This document shows, piece after piece, positions 1-13,986 of a stretch of DNA of 64,000 bases. Numbering within the stretch: the first letter of the stretch is position 1; every line of letters starts with the position of its first letter. The position numbers and the translations under genes were made by a program. The DNA is from Eledone cirrhosa (taxonomy: Eukaryota): assembly GCA_964016885.1 (NCBI GenBank), contig OZ024744.1, positions 930,001 through 994,000 on the forward strand. Reading direction: 5' to 3'. The notes under the pieces were generated by a model. The model made no database searches, was not told where the DNA came from, and saw only the letters and a program-made list of their open reading frames with translations.

Positions 1-531
1 AGCTTGATGAAGAACGAAGTTTTGGGGGAAGACAAGGTAGAGAAAGATAGCTTGGTGAAGAACGAAGTTTTGAGGGAAGACAAGGTAGAGAAAGATAGCT
101 TGGTGAAGAACGAAGTTTTGGGGGAAGACAAGGTAGAGAAAGATAGCTTGGTGAAGAACGAAGTTTTGCGGGAAGACAAGGTAGAGAAATATAGCTCGGT
201 GAAGAACGAAGTGTTGAGGGAAGACAAGGTAGAGAAAGATAGCTTGGTGAAGAACGAAGTTTTGAGGGAAGACAAGGTAGAGAAAGATAGCTTGATGAAG
301 AACGAAGTTTTGAGGGAAGACAAGGTAGAGAAAGATAGCTTGATGAAGTACAAAGTTTTGGGGGAAGACAAGGTAGAGAAAGATAGCTTGGTGAAGAACG
401 AAGTTTTGAGGGAAGACAAGGTAGAGAAAGATAGCTTGATGAAGAACGAAGTTTTGAGGGAAGACAAGGTAGAGAAAGATAGCTTGGTGAAGAACGAAGT
501 TTTGAGGGAAGACAAAGTATAGAAAGATAGC

Positions 532-3500
532 TTGGTGAAGAACGAAGTTTTGGGGGAAGACAATGTAGAGAAAGATAGCTTGATGAAGAACGAAGTTTTG
601 GGGGAAGACAAGGTAGAGAAAGATAGCTTGGTGAAGAACGAAGTTTTGAGGGAAGACAAGGTAGAGAAAGATAGCTTGGTGAAGAACGAAGTTTTGAGGG
701 AAGACAAGGTAGAGAAAGATAGCTTGGTGAAGAACGAAGTTTTGAGGGAAGACAAGGTAGAGAAAGATAGTTGGTGAAGAACGAAATTTTGAGGGAAGAC
801 AAGGTAGAGAAAGATAGCTTGGTGAAGAACGACGTTTTGAGGGAAGACAAGGTAGAGAAAGATAGCTTGGTGAAGAACGACGTTTTGAGGGAAGACAAGG
901 TAGAGAAAGATAGCTTGGTGAAGAACGAAGTTTTGGGGGAAGACAAGGTAGAGAAAGATAGCTTGATGAAGTACGAAGTTTTGGGGGAAGACAAGGTAGA
1001 GAAAGATAGCTTGGTGAAGAACGACGTTTTGTGGGAAGACAAGGTAGAGAAACATAGTTGGTGAAGAACGAAATTTTGAGGGAAGACAAGGTAGAGAAAG
1101 ATAGCTTGGTGAAGAACGAAGTTTTGAGGGAAGACAAGGTAGAGAAAGATAGCTTGATGAAGAACGAAGTTTTGAGGGAAGACAAGGTAGAGAAAGATAG
1201 CTTGGTGAAGAACGAAGTTTTGGGGGAAGACAAGGTAGAGAAATATAGCTCGGTGAAGAACGAAGTTTTGAGGGAAGACAAGGTAGAGAAAGATAGCTTG
1301 GTGAAGGACGAAGTTTTGGGGGAAGACAAGGTAGAGAAAGATAGCTTGGTGAAGAACGAAGTTTTGAGGGAAGACAAGGTAGAGAAAGATAGCTTGATGA
1401 AGAACGAAGTTTTGAGGGAAGACAAGGTAGAGAAAGATAGCTTGGTGAAGAACGAAGTTTTGGGGGAAGACAAGGTAGAGAAAGATAGCTTGATGAAGTA
1501 CGAAGTTTTGGGGGAAGACAAGGAAGAGAAAGATAGCTTGGTGAAGAACGAAGTTTTAGGGAAGACAAGGTAGAGAAAGATAGCTTGGTGAAGAACGAAG
1601 TTTTGGGGGAAGACAAGGTAGAGAAAGATAGCTTGGTGAAGAACGAAGTTTTGCGGGAAGACAAGGTAGAGAAATATAGCTTGGTGAAGAACGAAGTTTT
1701 GAGGGAAGACAAGGTAGAGAAAGATAGTTGGTGAAGAACGAAATTTTGAGGGAAGACAAGGTAGAGAAAGATAGCTTGATGAAGAACAAAGTTTTGAGGG
1801 AAGACAAGGTAGAGAAAGATAGCTTGATGAAGTACGAAGTTTTGGGGGAAGACAAGGTAGAGAAAGATAGCTTGGTGAAGAACGAAGTTTTGAGGGAAGA
1901 CAAGGTAGAGAAAGATAGCTTGATGAAGAACGAAGTTTTGAGGGAAGACAAGGTAGAGAAAGATAGCTTGGTGAAGAACGAAGTTTTGAGGGAAGACAAG
2001 GTAGAGAAAGATAGCTTGGTGAAGAACGAAGTTTTGGGGGAAGACAAGGTAGAGAAAGATAGCTTGGTGAAGAACGAAGTTTTGAGGGAAGGCAAGGTAG
2101 AGAAAGATAGCTTGGTGAAGAACGAAGTTTTGGGGAAAGACAAGGTAGAGAAAGATAGCTTGGTGAAGAACGACGTTTTGAGGGAAGACAATGTAGAGAA
2201 AGATAGCTTGGTGAAGAACGACGTTTTGAGGGAAGACAAGGTAGAGAAAGATAGCTTGGTGAAGAACGAAGTTTTGGGGGAAGACAAGGTAGAGAAAGAT
2301 AGCTTAATGAAGTACGAAGTTTTGGGGGAAGACAAGGTAGAGAAAGATAGCTTGGTGAAGAACGACGTTTTGTGGGAAGACAAGGTAGAGAAACATAGTT
2401 GGTGAAGAACGAAATTTTGAGGGAAGACAAGGTAGAGAAAGATAGCTTGGTGAAGAACGAAGTTTTGAGGGAAGGCTAGGTAGAGAAAGATAGCTTGATG
2501 AAGAACGAAGTTTTGGGGGAAGACAAGGTAGAGAAAGATAGCTTGGTGAAGAACGAAGTTTTGGGGGAAGACAAGGTAGAGAAATATAGCTCGGTGAAGA
2601 ACGAAGTTTCGAGGGAAGACAAGGTAGAGAAAGATAGCTTGGTGAAGAACGAAGTTTTGGGGGAAGACAAGGTAGAGAAAGATAGCTTGGTGGGGAACGA
2701 AGTTTTGGGGGAAGACAAAGTATAGAAAGATAGCTTGGTGAAGAACGAAGTTTTGGGGGAAGACAATGTAGAGAAAGATAGCTTGATGAAGAACGAAGTT
2801 TTGGGGGAAGACAAGGTAGAGAAAGATAGCTTGGTGAAGAACGAAGTTTTGAGGGAAGACAAGGTAGAGAAAGATAGCTTGGTGAAGAACGAAGTTTTGG
2901 GGGAAGACAAGGTAGAGAAAGATAGCTTGGTGAAGAACGAAGTTTTGAGGGAAGACAAGGTAGAGAAAGATAGTTGGTGAAGAACGAAATTTTGAGGGAA
3001 GACAAGGTAGAGAAAGATAGCTTGGTGAAGAACGACGTTTTGAGGGAAGACAAGGTAGAGAAAGATAGCTTGGTGAAGAACGACGTTTTGAGGGAAGACA
3101 AGGTAGAGAAAGATAGCTTGGTGAAGAACGAAGTTTTGGGGGAAGACAAGGTAGAGAAAGATAGCTTGATGAAGTACGAAGTTTTGGGGGAAGACAAGGT
3201 AGAGAAAGATAGCTTGGTGAAGAACGACGTTTTGTGGGAAGACAAGGTAGAGAAACATAGTTGGTGAAGAACGAAATTTTGAGGGAAGACAAGGTAGAGA
3301 AAGATAGCTTGGTGAAGAACGAAGTTTTGAGGGAAGACAAGGTAGAGAAAGATAGCTTGATGAAGAACGAAGTTTTGAGGGAAGACAAGGTAGAGAAAGA
3401 TAGCTTGGTGAAGAACGAAGTTTTGGGGGAAGACAAGGTAGAGAAATATAGCTCGGTGAAGAACGAAGTTTTGAGGGAAGACAAGGTAGAGAAAGATAGC

Positions 3501-5565
3501 TTGGTGAAGGACGAAGTTTTGGGGGAAGACAAGGTAGAGAAAGATAGCTTGGTGAAGAACGAAGTTTTGAGGGAAGACAAGGTAGAGAAAGATAGCTTGA
3601 TGAAGAACGAAGTTTTGAGGGAAGACAAGGTAGAGAAAGATAGCTTGGTGAAGAACGAAGTTTTGGGGGAAGACAAGGTAGAGAAAGATAGCTTGATGAA
3701 GTACGAAGTTTTGGGGGAAGACAAGGAAGAGAAAGATAGCTTGGTGAAGAACGAAGTTTTAGGGAAGACAAGGTAGAGAAAGATAGCTTGGTGAAGAACG
3801 AAGTTTTGGGGGAAGACAAGGTAGAGAAAGATAGCTTGGTGAAGAACGAAGTTTTGCGGGAAGACAAGGTAGAGAAATATAGCTTGGTGAAGAACGAAGT
3901 TTTGAGGGAAGACAAGGTAGAGAAAGATAGTTGGTGAAGAACGAAATTTTGAGGGAAGACAAGGTAGAGAAAGATAGCTTGATGAAGAACAAAGTTTTGA
4001 GGGAAGACAAGGTAGAGAAAGATAGCTTGATGATGTACGAAGTTTTGGGGGAAGACAAGGTAGAGAAAGATAGCTTGGTGAAGAACGAAGTTTTGAGGGA
4101 AGACAAGGTAGAGAAAGATAGCTTGATGAAGAACGAAGTTTTGAGGGAAGACAAGGTAGAGAAAGATAGCTTGGTGAAGAACGAAGTTTTGAGGGAAGAC
4201 AAGGTAGAGAAAGATAGCTTGGTGAAGAACGAAGTTTTGGGGGAAGACAAGGTAGAGAAAGATAGCTTGGTGAAGAACGAAGTTTTGAGGGAAGGCAAGG
4301 TAGAGAAAGATAGCTTGGTGAAGAACGAAGTTTTGGGGGAAGACAAGGTAGAGAAAGATAGCTTGGTGAAGAACGAAGTTTTGAGGGAAGACAAGGTAGA
4401 GAAAGATAGTTGGTGAAGAACGAAATTTTGAGGGAAGACAAGGTAGAGAAAGATAGCTTGGTGAAGAACGACGTTTTGAGGGAAGACAATGTAGAGAAAG
4501 ATAGCTTGGTGAAGAACGACGTTTTGAGGGAAGACAAGGTAGAGAAAGATAGCTTGGTGAAGAACGAAGTTTTGGGGGAAGACAAGGTAGAGAAAGATAG
4601 CTTGATGAAGTACGAAGTTTTGGGGGAAGACAAGGTAGAGAAAGATAGCTTGGTGAAGAACGACGTTTTGTGGGAAGACAAGGTAGAGAAACATAGTTGG
4701 TGAAGAACGAAATTTTGAGGGAAGACAAGGTAGAGAAAGATAGCTTGGTGAAGAACGAAGTTTTGAGGGAAGGCTAGGTAGAGAAAGATAGCTTGATGAA
4801 GAACGAAGTTTTGGGGGAAGACAAGGTAGAGAAAGATAGCTTGGTGAAGAACGAAGTTTTGGGGGAAGACAAGGTAGAGAAATATAGCTCGGTGAAGAAC
4901 GAAGTTTCGAGGGAAGACAAGGTAGAGAAAGATAGCTTGGTGAAGAACGAAGTTTTGGGGGAAGACAAGGTAGAGAAAGATAGCTTGGTGGAGAACGAAG
5001 TTTTGGGGGAAGACAAAGTATAGAAAGATAGCTTGGTGAAGAACGAAGTTTTGGGGGAAGACAATGTAGAGAAAGATAGCTTGATGAAGAACGAAGTTTT
5101 GGGGGAAGACAAGGTAGAGAAAGATAGCTTGGTGAAGAACGAAGTTTTGAGGGAAGACAAGGTAGAGAAAGATAGCTTGGTGAAGAACGAAGTTTTGGGG
5201 GAAGACATGGTAGAGAAAGATAGCTTGGTGAAGAACGAAGTTTTGAGGGAAGACAAGGTAGAGAAAGATAGTTGGTGAAGAACGAAATTTTGAGGGAAGA
5301 CAAGGTAGAGAAAGATAGCTTGGTGCAGAACGACGTTTTGAGGGAAGACAAGGTAGAGAAAGATAGCTTGGTGAAGAACGACGTTTTGAGGGAAGACAAG
5401 GTAGAGAAAGATAGCTTGGTGAAGAACGAAGTTTTGGGGGAAGACAAGGTAGAGAAAGATAGCTTGATGAAGTACGAAGTTTTGGGGGAAGACAAGGTAG
5501 AGAAAGATAGCTTGGTGAAGAACGACGTTTTGTGGGAAGACAAGGTAGAGAAACATAGTTGGTGA
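532..5565 (+). repeat. Nested 2203-bp and 2298-bp higher-order repeats inside the 6082-bp unit
   Basis: 771/2974, 1058/3261 and 1728/3931 are offset by 2203 (46x48-5). 2495/4793, 2735/5033 and 2974/5272 are offset by 2298 (48x48-6). Confidence 0.85.
771..1057 (+). repeat. 287-bp six-monomer higher-order cassette (first copy; about 36 complete copies in the window)
   Basis: It has a fixed order of variants: GAAATT, GACGTT, GACGTT, GGG, ATG..TAC..GGG, GACGTT..TGTGGG..AAACAT, bounded by C-deletion junctions. It appears as the 97-aa '...WEDKVEKH(S/N)W' ORF at 771, 2974, 4410, 5272, 6853, 9056, 10492, 11354, 12407, 13700, 17484, 21798, 27934, 29036 and onward to 62872. Confidence 0.93.
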
Positions 5566-8500
5566 AGAACGAAATTTTGAGGGAAGACAAGGTAGAGAAA
5601 GATAGCTTGGTGAAGAACGAAGTTTTGGGGGAAGACAAGGTAGAGAAAGATAGCTTGGTGAAGAACGAGGTTTTGAGGGAAGACAAGGTAGAGAAAGATA
5701 GCTTGGTGAAGAACGAAGTTATGAGGGAAGATAAGGTAGAGAAAGATAGTTGGTGAAGAACGAAGTTTTGAGGGAAGACAAGGTAGAGAAAGATAGCTTG
5801 GTGAAGAACGAAGTTTTGAGGGAAGACAAGGTAGAGAAAGATAGCTTGGTGAAGAACGAGGTTTTGAGGGAAGACAAGGTAGAGAAAGATAGCTTGGTGA
5901 AGAACGAAGTTTTGGGGGAAGACAAGGTAGAGAAAGATAGCTTGGTGAAGAACGAAGTTTTGAGGGAAGACAAGGTAGAGAAAGATAGCCTGGTGAAGAA
6001 CGAAGTTTTGGGGGATGACAAAGTAGAGAAAGATAGCTTGGTGAAGAACGAAGTTTTGGGGGAAGACAAGGTAGAGAAAGATAGCTTGATGAAGAACGAA
6101 GTTTTGGGGGAAGACAAGGTAGAGAAAGATAGCTTGGTGAAGAACGAAGTTTTGAGGGAAGACAAGGTAGAGAAAGATAGCTTGGTGAAGAACGAAGTTT
6201 TGGGGGAAGACAAGGTAGAGAAAGATAGCTTGGTGAAGAACGAAGTTTTGCGGGAAGACAAGGTAGAGAAATATAGCTCGGTGAAGAACGAAGTGTTGAG
6301 GGAAGACAAGGTAGAGAAAGATAGCTTGGTGAAGAACGAAGTTTTGAGGGAAGACAAGGTAGAGAAAGATAGCTTGATGAAGAACGAAGTTTTGAGGGAA
6401 GACAAGGTAGAGAAAGATAGCTTGATGAAGTACAAAGTTTTGGGGGAAGACAAGGTAGAGAAAGATAGCTTGGTGAAGAACGAAGTTTTGAGGGAAGACA
6501 AGGTAGAGAAAGATAGCTTGATGAAGAACGAAGTTTTGAGGGAAGACAAGGTAGAGAAAGATAGCTTGGTGAAGAACGAAGTTTTGAGGGAAGACAAAGT
6601 ATAGAAAGATAGCTTGGTGAAGAACGAAGTTTTGGGGGAAGACAATGTAGAGAAAGATAGCTTGATGAAGAACGAAGTTTTGGGGGAAGACAAGGTAGAG
6701 AAAGATAGCTTGGTGAAGAACGAAGTTTTGAGGGAAGACAAGGTAGAGAAAGATAGCTTGGTGAAGAACGAAGTTTTGAGGGAAGACAAGGTAGAGAAAG
6801 ATAGCTTGGTGAAGAACGAAGTTTTGAGGGAAGACAAGGTAGAGAAAGATAGTTGGTGAAGAACGAAATTTTGAGGGAAGACAAGGTAGAGAAAGATAGC
6901 TTGGTGAAGAACGACGTTTTGAGGGAAGACAAGGTAGAGAAAGATAGCTTGGTGAAGAACGACGTTTTGAGGGAAGACAAGGTAGAGAAAGATAGCTTGG
7001 TGAAGAACGAAGTTTTGGGGGAAGACAAGGTAGAGAAAGATAGCTTGATGAAGTACGAAGTTTTGGGGGAAGACAAGGTAGAGAAAGATAGCTTGGTGAA
7101 GAACGACGTTTTGTGGGAAGACAAGGTAGAGAAACATAGTTGGTGAAGAACGAAATTTTGAGGGAAGACAAGGTAGAGAAAGATAGCTTGGTGAAGAACG
7201 AAGTTTTGAGGGAAGACAAGGTAGAGAAAGATAGCTTGATGAAGAACGAAGTTTTGAGGGAAGACAAGGTAGAGAAAGATAGCTTGGTGAAGAACGAAGT
7301 TTTGGGGGAAGACAAGGTAGAGAAATATAGCTCGGTGAAGAACGAAGTTTTGAGGGAAGACAAGGTAGAGAAAGATAGCTTGGTGAAGGACGAAGTTTTG
7401 GGGGAAGACAAGGTAGAGAAAGATAGCTTGGTGAAGAACGAAGTTTTGAGGGAAGACAAGGTAGAGAAAGATAGCTTGATGAAGAACGAAGTTTTGAGGG
7501 AAGACAAGGTAGAGAAAGATAGCTTGGTGAAGAACGAAGTTTTGGGGGAAGACAAGGTAGAGAAAGATAGCTTGATGAAGTACGAAGTTTTGGGGGAAGA
7601 CAAGGAAGAGAAAGATAGCTTGGTGAAGAACGAAGTTTTAGGGAAGACAAGGTAGAGAAAGATAGCTTGGTGAAGAACGAAGTTTTGGGGGAAGACAAGG
7701 TAGAGAAAGATAGCTTGGTGAAGAACGAAGTTTTGCGGGAAGACAAGGTAGAGAAATATAGCTTGGTGAAGAACGAAGTTTTGAGGGAAGACAAGGTAGA
7801 GAAAGATAGTTGGTGAAGAACGAAATTTTGAGGGAAGACAAGGTAGAGAAAGATAGCTTGATGAAGAACAAAGTTTTGAGGGAAGACAAGGTAGAGAAAG
7901 ATAGCTTGATGAAGTACGAAGTTTTGGGGGAAGACAAGGTAGAGAAAGATAGCTTGGTGAAGAACGAAGTTTTGAGGGAAGACAAGGTAGAGAAAGATAG
8001 CTTGATGAAGAACGAAGTTTTGAGGGAAGACAAGGTAGAGAAAGATAGCTTGGTGAAGAACGAAGTTTTGAGGGAAGACAAGGTAGAGAAAGATAGCTTG
8101 GTGAAGAACGAAGTTTTGGGGGAAGACAAGGTAGAGAAAGATAGCTTGGTGAAGAACGAAGTTTTGAGGGAAGGCAAGGTAGAGAAAGATAGCTTGGTGA
8201 AGAACGAAGTTTTGGGGAAAGACAAGGTAGAGAAAGATAGCTTGGTGAAGAACGACGTTTTGAGGGAAGACAATGTAGAGAAAGATAGCTTGGTGAAGAA
8301 CGACGTTTTGAGGGAAGACAAGGTAGAGAAAGATAGCTTGGTGAAGAACGAAGTTTTGGGGGAAGACAAGGTAGAGAAAGATAGCTTAATGAAGTACGAA
8401 GTTTTGGGGGAAGACAAGGTAGAGAAAGATAGCTTGGTGAAGAACGACGTTTTGTGGGAAGACAAGGTAGAGAAACATAGTTGGTGAAGAACGAAATTTT

Positions 8501-11500
8501 GAGGGAAGACAAGGTAGAGAAAGATAGCTTGGTGAAGAACGAAGTTTTGAGGGAAGGCTAGGTAGAGAAAGATAGCTTGATGAAGAACGAAGTTTTGGGG
8601 GAAGACAAGGTAGAGAAAGATAGCTTGGTGAAGAACGAAGTTTTGGGGGAAGACAAGGTAGAGAAATATAGCTCGGTGAAGAACGAAGTTTCGAGGGAAG
8701 ACAAGGTAGAGAAAGATAGCTTGGTGAAGAACGAAGTTTTGGGGGAAGACAAGGTAGAGAAAGATAGCTTGGTGGGGAACGAAGTTTTGGGGGAAGACAA
8801 AGTATAGAAAGATAGCTTGGTGAAGAACGAAGTTTTGGGGGAAGACAATGTAGAGAAAGATAGCTTGATGAAGAACGAAGTTTTGGGGGAAGACAAGGTA
8901 GAGAAAGATAGCTTGGTGAAGAACGAAGTTTTGAGGGAAGACAAGGTAGAGAAAGATAGCTTGGTGAAGAACGAAGTTTTGGGGGAAGACAAGGTAGAGA
9001 AAGATAGCTTGGTGAAGAACGAAGTTTTGAGGGAAGACAAGGTAGAGAAAGATAGTTGGTGAAGAACGAAATTTTGAGGGAAGACAAGGTAGAGAAAGAT
9101 AGCTTGGTGAAGAACGACGTTTTGAGGGAAGACAAGGTAGAGAAAGATAGCTTGGTGAAGAACGACGTTTTGAGGGAAGACAAGGTAGAGAAAGATAGCT
9201 TGGTGAAGAACGAAGTTTTGGGGGAAGACAAGGTAGAGAAAGATAGCTTGATGAAGTACGAAGTTTTGGGGGAAGACAAGGTAGAGAAAGATAGCTTGGT
9301 GAAGAACGACGTTTTGTGGGAAGACAAGGTAGAGAAACATAGTTGGTGAAGAACGAAATTTTGAGGGAAGACAAGGTAGAGAAAGATAGCTTGGTGAAGA
9401 ACGAAGTTTTGAGGGAAGACAAGGTAGAGAAAGATAGCTTGATGAAGAACGAAGTTTTGAGGGAAGACAAGGTAGAGAAAGATAGCTTGGTGAAGAACGA
9501 AGTTTTGGGGGAAGACAAGGTAGAGAAATATAGCTCGGTGAAGAACGAAGTTTTGAGGGAAGACAAGGTAGAGAAAGATAGCTTGGTGAAGGACGAAGTT
9601 TTGGGGGAAGACAAGGTAGAGAAAGATAGCTTGGTGAAGAACGAAGTTTTGAGGGAAGACAAGGTAGAGAAAGATAGCTTGATGAAGAACGAAGTTTTGA
9701 GGGAAGACAAGGTAGAGAAAGATAGCTTGGTGAAGAACGAAGTTTTGGGGGAAGACAAGGTAGAGAAAGATAGCTTGATGAAGTACGAAGTTTTGGGGGA
9801 AGACAAGGAAGAGAAAGATAGCTTGGTGAAGAACGAAGTTTTAGGGAAGACAAGGTAGAGAAAGATAGCTTGGTGAAGAACGAAGTTTTGGGGGAAGACA
9901 AGGTAGAGAAAGATAGCTTGGTGAAGAACGAAGTTTTGCGGGAAGACAAGGTAGAGAAATATAGCTTGGTGAAGAACGAAGTTTTGAGGGAAGACAAGGT
10001 AGAGAAAGATAGTTGGTGAAGAACGAAATTTTGAGGGAAGACAAGGTAGAGAAAGATAGCTTGATGAAGAACAAAGTTTTGAGGGAAGACAAGGTAGAGA
10101 AAGATAGCTTGATGATGTACGAAGTTTTGGGGGAAGACAAGGTAGAGAAAGATAGCTTGGTGAAGAACGAAGTTTTGAGGGAAGACAAGGTAGAGAAAGA
10201 TAGCTTGATGAAGAACGAAGTTTTGAGGGAAGACAAGGTAGAGAAAGATAGCTTGGTGAAGAACGAAGTTTTGAGGGAAGACAAGGTAGAGAAAGATAGC
10301 TTGGTGAAGAACGAAGTTTTGGGGGAAGACAAGGTAGAGAAAGATAGCTTGGTGAAGAACGAAGTTTTGAGGGAAGGCAAGGTAGAGAAAGATAGCTTGG
10401 TGAAGAACGAAGTTTTGGGGGAAGACAAGGTAGAGAAAGATAGCTTGGTGAAGAACGAAGTTTTGAGGGAAGACAAGGTAGAGAAAGATAGTTGGTGAAG
10501 AACGAAATTTTGAGGGAAGACAAGGTAGAGAAAGATAGCTTGGTGAAGAACGACGTTTTGAGGGAAGACAATGTAGAGAAAGATAGCTTGGTGAAGAACG
10601 ACGTTTTGAGGGAAGACAAGGTAGAGAAAGATAGCTTGGTGAAGAACGAAGTTTTGGGGGAAGACAAGGTAGAGAAAGATAGCTTGATGAAGTACGAAGT
10701 TTTGGGGGAAGACAAGGTAGAGAAAGATAGCTTGGTGAAGAACGACGTTTTGTGGGAAGACAAGGTAGAGAAACATAGTTGGTGAAGAACGAAATTTTGA
10801 GGGAAGACAAGGTAGAGAAAGATAGCTTGGTGAAGAACGAAGTTTTGAGGGAAGGCTAGGTAGAGAAAGATAGCTTGATGAAGAACGAAGTTTTGGGGGA
10901 AGACAAGGTAGAGAAAGATAGCTTGGTGAAGAACGAAGTTTTGGGGGAAGACAAGGTAGAGAAATATAGCTCGGTGAAGAACGAAGTTTCGAGGGAAGAC
11001 AAGGTAGAGAAAGATAGCTTGGTGAAGAACGAAGTTTTGGGGGAAGACAAGGTAGAGAAAGATAGCTTGGTGGAGAACGAAGTTTTGGGGGAAGACAAAG
11101 TATAGAAAGATAGCTTGGTGAAGAACGAAGTTTTGGGGGAAGACAATGTAGAGAAAGATAGCTTGATGAAGAACGAAGTTTTGGGGGAAGACAAGGTAGA
11201 GAAAGATAGCTTGGTGAAGAACGAAGTTTTGAGGGAAGACAAGGTAGAGAAAGATAGCTTGGTGAAGAACGAAGTTTTGGGGGAAGACAAGGTAGAGAAA
11301 GATAGCTTGGTGAAGAACGAAGTTTTGAGGGAAGACAAGGTAGAGAAAGATAGTTGGTGAAGAACGAAATTTTGAGGGAAGACAAGGTAGAGAAAGATAG
11401 CTTGGTGAAGAACGACGTTTTGAGGGAAGACAAGGTAGAGAAAGATAGCTTGGTGAAGAACGACGTTTTGAGGGAAGACAAGGTAGAGAAAGATAGCTTG

Positions 11501-13986
11501 GTGAAGAACGAAGTTTTGGGGGAAGACAAGGTAGAGAAAGATAGCTTGATGAAGTACGAAGTTTTGGGGGAAGACAAGGTAGAGAAAGATAGCTTGGTGA
11601 AGAACGACGTTTTGTGGGAAGACAAGGTAGAGAAACATAGTTGGTGAAGAACGAAATTTTGAGGGAAGACAAGGTAGAGAAAGATAGCTTGGTGAAGAAC
11701 GAAGTTTTGAGGGAAGACAAGGTAGAGAAAGATAGCTTGATGAAGAACGAAGTTTTGAGGGAAGACAAGGTAGAGAAAGATAGCTTGGTGAAGAACGAAG
11801 TTTTGGGGGAAGACAAGGTAGAGAAATATAGCTCGGTGAAGAACGAAGTTTTGAGGGAAGACAAGGTAGAGAAAGATAGCTTGGTGAAGGACGAAGTTTT
11901 GGGGGAAGACAAGGTAGAGAAAGATAGCTTGGTGAAGAACGAAGTTTTGAGGGAAGACAAGGTAGAGAAAGATAGCTTGATGAAGAACGAAGTTTTGAGG
12001 GAAGACAAGGTAGAGAAAGATAGCTTGGTGAAGAACGAAGTTTTGGGGGAAGTCAAGGTAGAGAAAGATAGCTTGATGAAGTACGAAGTTTTGGGGGAAG
12101 ACAAGGAAGAGAAAGATAGCTTGGTGAAGAACGAAGTTTTAGGGAAGACAAGGTAGAGAAAGATAGCTTGGTGAAGAACGAAGTTTTGAGGGAAGACAAG
12201 GTAGAGAAAGATAGCTTGGTGAAGAACGAAGTTTTGGGGGAAGACAAGGTAGAGAAAGATAGCTTGGTGAAGAACGAAGTTTTGAGGGAAGGCAAGGTAG
12301 AGAAAGATAGCTTGGTGAAGAACGAAGTTTTGGGGGAAGACAAGGTAGAGAAAGATAGCTTGGTGAAGAACGAAGTTTTGAGGGAAGACAAGGTAGTGAA
12401 AGATAGTTGGTGAAGAACGAAATTTTGAGGGAAGACAAGGTAGAGAAAGATAGCTTGGTGAAGAACGACGTTTTGAGGGAAGACAATGTAGAGAAAGATA
12501 GCTTGGTGAAGAACGACGTTTTGAGGGAAGACAAGGTAGAGAAAGATAGCTTGGTGAAGAACGAAGTTTTGGGGGAAGACAAGGTAGAGAAAGATAGCTT
12601 GATGAAGTACGAAGTTTTGGGGGAAGACAAGGTAGAGAAAGATAGCTTGGTGAAGAACGACGTTTTGTGGGAAGACAAGGTAGAGAAACATAGTTGGTGA
12701 AGAACGAAATTTTGAGGGAAGACAAGGTAGAGAAAGATAGCTTGGTGAAGAACGAAGTTTTGAGGGAAGGCTAGGTAGAGAAAGATAGCTTGATGAAGAA
12801 CGAAGTTTTGGGGGAAGACAAGGTAGAGAAAGATAGCTTGGTGAAGAACGAAGTTTTGGGGGAAGACAAGGTAGAGAAATATAGCTCGGTGAAGAACGAA
12901 GTTTCGAGGGAAGACAAGGTAGAGAAAGATAGCTTGGTGAAGAACGAAGTTTTGGGGGAAGACAAGGTAGAGAAAGATAGCTTGGTGGAGAACGAAGTTT
13001 TGAGGGAAGACAAGGTAGAGAAAGATAGCTTGATGAAGAACGAAGTTTTGAGGGAAGACAAGGTAGAGAAAGATAGCTTGGTGAAGAACGAAGTTTTGGG
13101 GGAAGACAAGGTAGAGAAAGATAGCTTGGTGAAGAACGAAGTTTTGAGGGAAGACAAGGTAGAGAAAGATAGCTTGGTGAAGAACGAAGTTATGAGGGAA
13201 GATAAGGTAGAGAAAGATAGTTGGTGAAGAACGAAGTTTTGAGGGAAGACAAGGTAGAGAAAGATAGCTTGATGAAGTACAAAGTTTTGGGGGAAGACAA
13301 GGTAGAGAAAGATAGCTTGGTGAAGAACGAAGTTTTGGGGGAAGACAAGGTAGAGAAAGATAGCTTGATGAAGAACGAAGTTTTGAGGGAAGACAAGGTA
13401 GAGAAAGATAGCTTGGTGAAGAACGAAGTTTTGAGGGAAGGCAAAGTATAGAAAGATAGCTTGGTGAAGAACGAAGTTTTGGGGGAAGACAATGTAGAGA
13501 AAGATAGCTTGATGAAGAACGAAGTTTTGGGGGAAGACAAGGTAGAGAAAGATAGCTTGGTGAAGAACGAAGTTTTGAGGGAAGACAAGGTAGAGAAAGA
13601 TAGCTTGGTGAAGAACGAAGTTTTGGGGGAAGACAAGGTAGAGAAAGATAGCTTGGTGAAGAACGAAGTTTTGAGGGAAGACAAGGTAGAGAAAGATAGT
13701 TGGTGAAGAACGAAATTTTGAGGGAAGACAAGGTAGAGAAAGATAGCTTGGTGAAGAACGACGTTTTGAGGGAAGACAAGGTAGAGAAAGATAGCTTGGT
13801 GAAGAACGACGTTTTGAGGGAAGACAAGGTAGAGAAAGATAGCTTGGTGAAGAACGAAGTTTTGGGGGAAGACAAGGTAGAGAAAGATAGCTTGATGAAG
13901 TACGAAGTTTTGGGGGAAGACAAGGTAGAGAAAGATAGCTTGGTGAAGAACGACGTTTTGTGGGAAGACAAGGTAGAGAAACATAG

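Larger units (their letters stand above)
1..11700 (+). repeat. Tandem duplication, period 6082 bp (127 monomers minus 14 single-base deletions)
   Basis: ORF starts match at +6082 (532/6614, 771/6853, 1728/7810, 2495/8577, 3931/10013, 5272/11354). Rare variants are shared: TTAATG at 2304/8386, GTGGGGAAC at about 2692/8774, ATGATGTAC at about 4030/10112. Confidence 0.92.

Noticed and set aside
1-192. Nucleosome-length tuning (3x48=144, 4x48=192)
   Set aside because: I saw no consistent trimer or tetramer periodicity in the variants, so this is a numerical coincidence without MNase data.
768-780. Programmed frameshift or readthrough restoring one giant + strand protein
   Set aside because: There is no X XXY YYZ slippery heptamer or downstream structure at the junction. 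It would need about 100 frameshifts plus dozens of TAG/TAA readthroughs.
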